From: Amoebophrya sp. A120
Lineage: Eukaryota; Protista; Dinoflagellata
DNA length: 64,000 nt
Direction of reading: 5' to 3'
NCBI GenBank assembly: GCA_905178155.1
Contig: CAJINV010000015.1
Span: 1 to 64,000 of the forward strand
This document shows, in pieces, positions 63,001 to 64,000 of this stretch. Under the pieces are notes generated by a model. That model saw only the letters and a list, made by a program, of their open reading frames with translations. It searched no databases and was not told the DNA's origin. Made by a program: the position numbers and the translations under genes. How positions within the stretch are numbered: position 1 is the first letter of the stretch; every line of letters starts with the position of its first letter.

Positions 63001-64000
63001 AGCTCCGTCTATATGAAGACTTTTGGAACTACGCAACTTGTCCAAAAATTTGCCAAATTGTTTTCGCGTTTTGCTAGGTTCGGAAATGAACGCTACCGGT
63101 ATTGTACAACATTTTCTGGCGAGCATTTGCACATTGGCTTCGCATTCCGCTATCTATCGCGAAAGTGCGGACCTCTGGTGTCTTGCGTTGATCAATTTCA
63201 ATAACTATTGGATTGCGATGCGGCATCGCGTCTTCGTCAATATCATACCTTCGTCAGATTTTCATCTCAGGTGGTTCGCTAATTGCGCCCATAAACTACA
63301 CAAACGGAAACCAGATGAAACATAGCACATAGATGTAATATAATTGAATGTCCTCAGAAGAATAATGAACATGAAAATTCCAATGCTGTTCTTTGATCAT
63401 GAATATGGAAAGTTTTTCTATATACAGGAAATCGTAGTCCTCGTACTGAGTTCCGAGCGACAAGTCAACACGATGACACAACAATTTCCACCCGAATGGC
63501 GGTTGCGCTCTGATGAATGCGCGTCGATATCAAAAGAGTAAAAGAGAATAAGCCGCACTCTCGCGGATCTGTAGGTAGTAGGTAGACTGTAAAAATGAAG
63601 AGGAAGTCAGCTTTTCTATATGGTACATGGATATCTGACGTTTTTGCGGAACAACAATTTGTAGATAGAAACGAAACGAAGTTTCGCGAATTCTTTCTGA
63701 AAAATGCAGCTGTAGTGGTGAAGAATCGTACAAGAAATTATGCAGTTGGTGAAAGCAAGTGCGTTCGGAATTTCCGACATCTAGCCCATGAAGATTGATG
63801 AAGGTCTAGAGCAGCCCTAAGTCAAAGTGTATTTTTATCTTTCTTTTCCACTTCTTCCCGTCGTCAAGTTCTCCTTTGCTAACTCCACCTCCCCTCACGC
63901 CTGACGAAAGCGTGCGTTGAAGATCTGGTCAAACAAGTCTTCGATTGTAGTAACCTCACTCCCAATAACCACGCTGTCAACATCCGCGTCACCGCTAACC

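Overview
Left end of a linear eukaryotic (protist) chromosome: a short TTTTAGGG-type telomere (1-55), about 22 copies of a 169-bp subtelomeric satellite (to ~3825), then a gene array in which every credible gene lies on the minus strand. The genes are a SET-domain methyltransferase, a TBC1D19-like Rab-GAP, a long PPR-like protein, a protein with an H1-like 'AMK' tail, a carotenoid-cleavage oxygenase, a small basic protein, a PDZ+GAS2 protein and several hypotheticals. An internal 311-bp satellite sits at ~52.1-54.5 kb. The dominant feature is about 39 (manual count) non-coding 150-320-bp MITE-like elements of several families inserted in coding sequence. Almost all have TA(T/C)...ATA inverted ends and a 5-bp target-site duplication, and most lack GT-AG. 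Removing the element plus exactly 5 nt restores the reading frame wherever I traced it, even where the duplication has decayed and in either element orientation, so they appear to act as non-canonical introns (introners). Co-oriented genes with IR/DR-bounded non-canonical introns match what is known for the parasitic dinoflagellate Amoebophrya; that assignment is inference. Protein names come from motif recognition by eye, not database searches.
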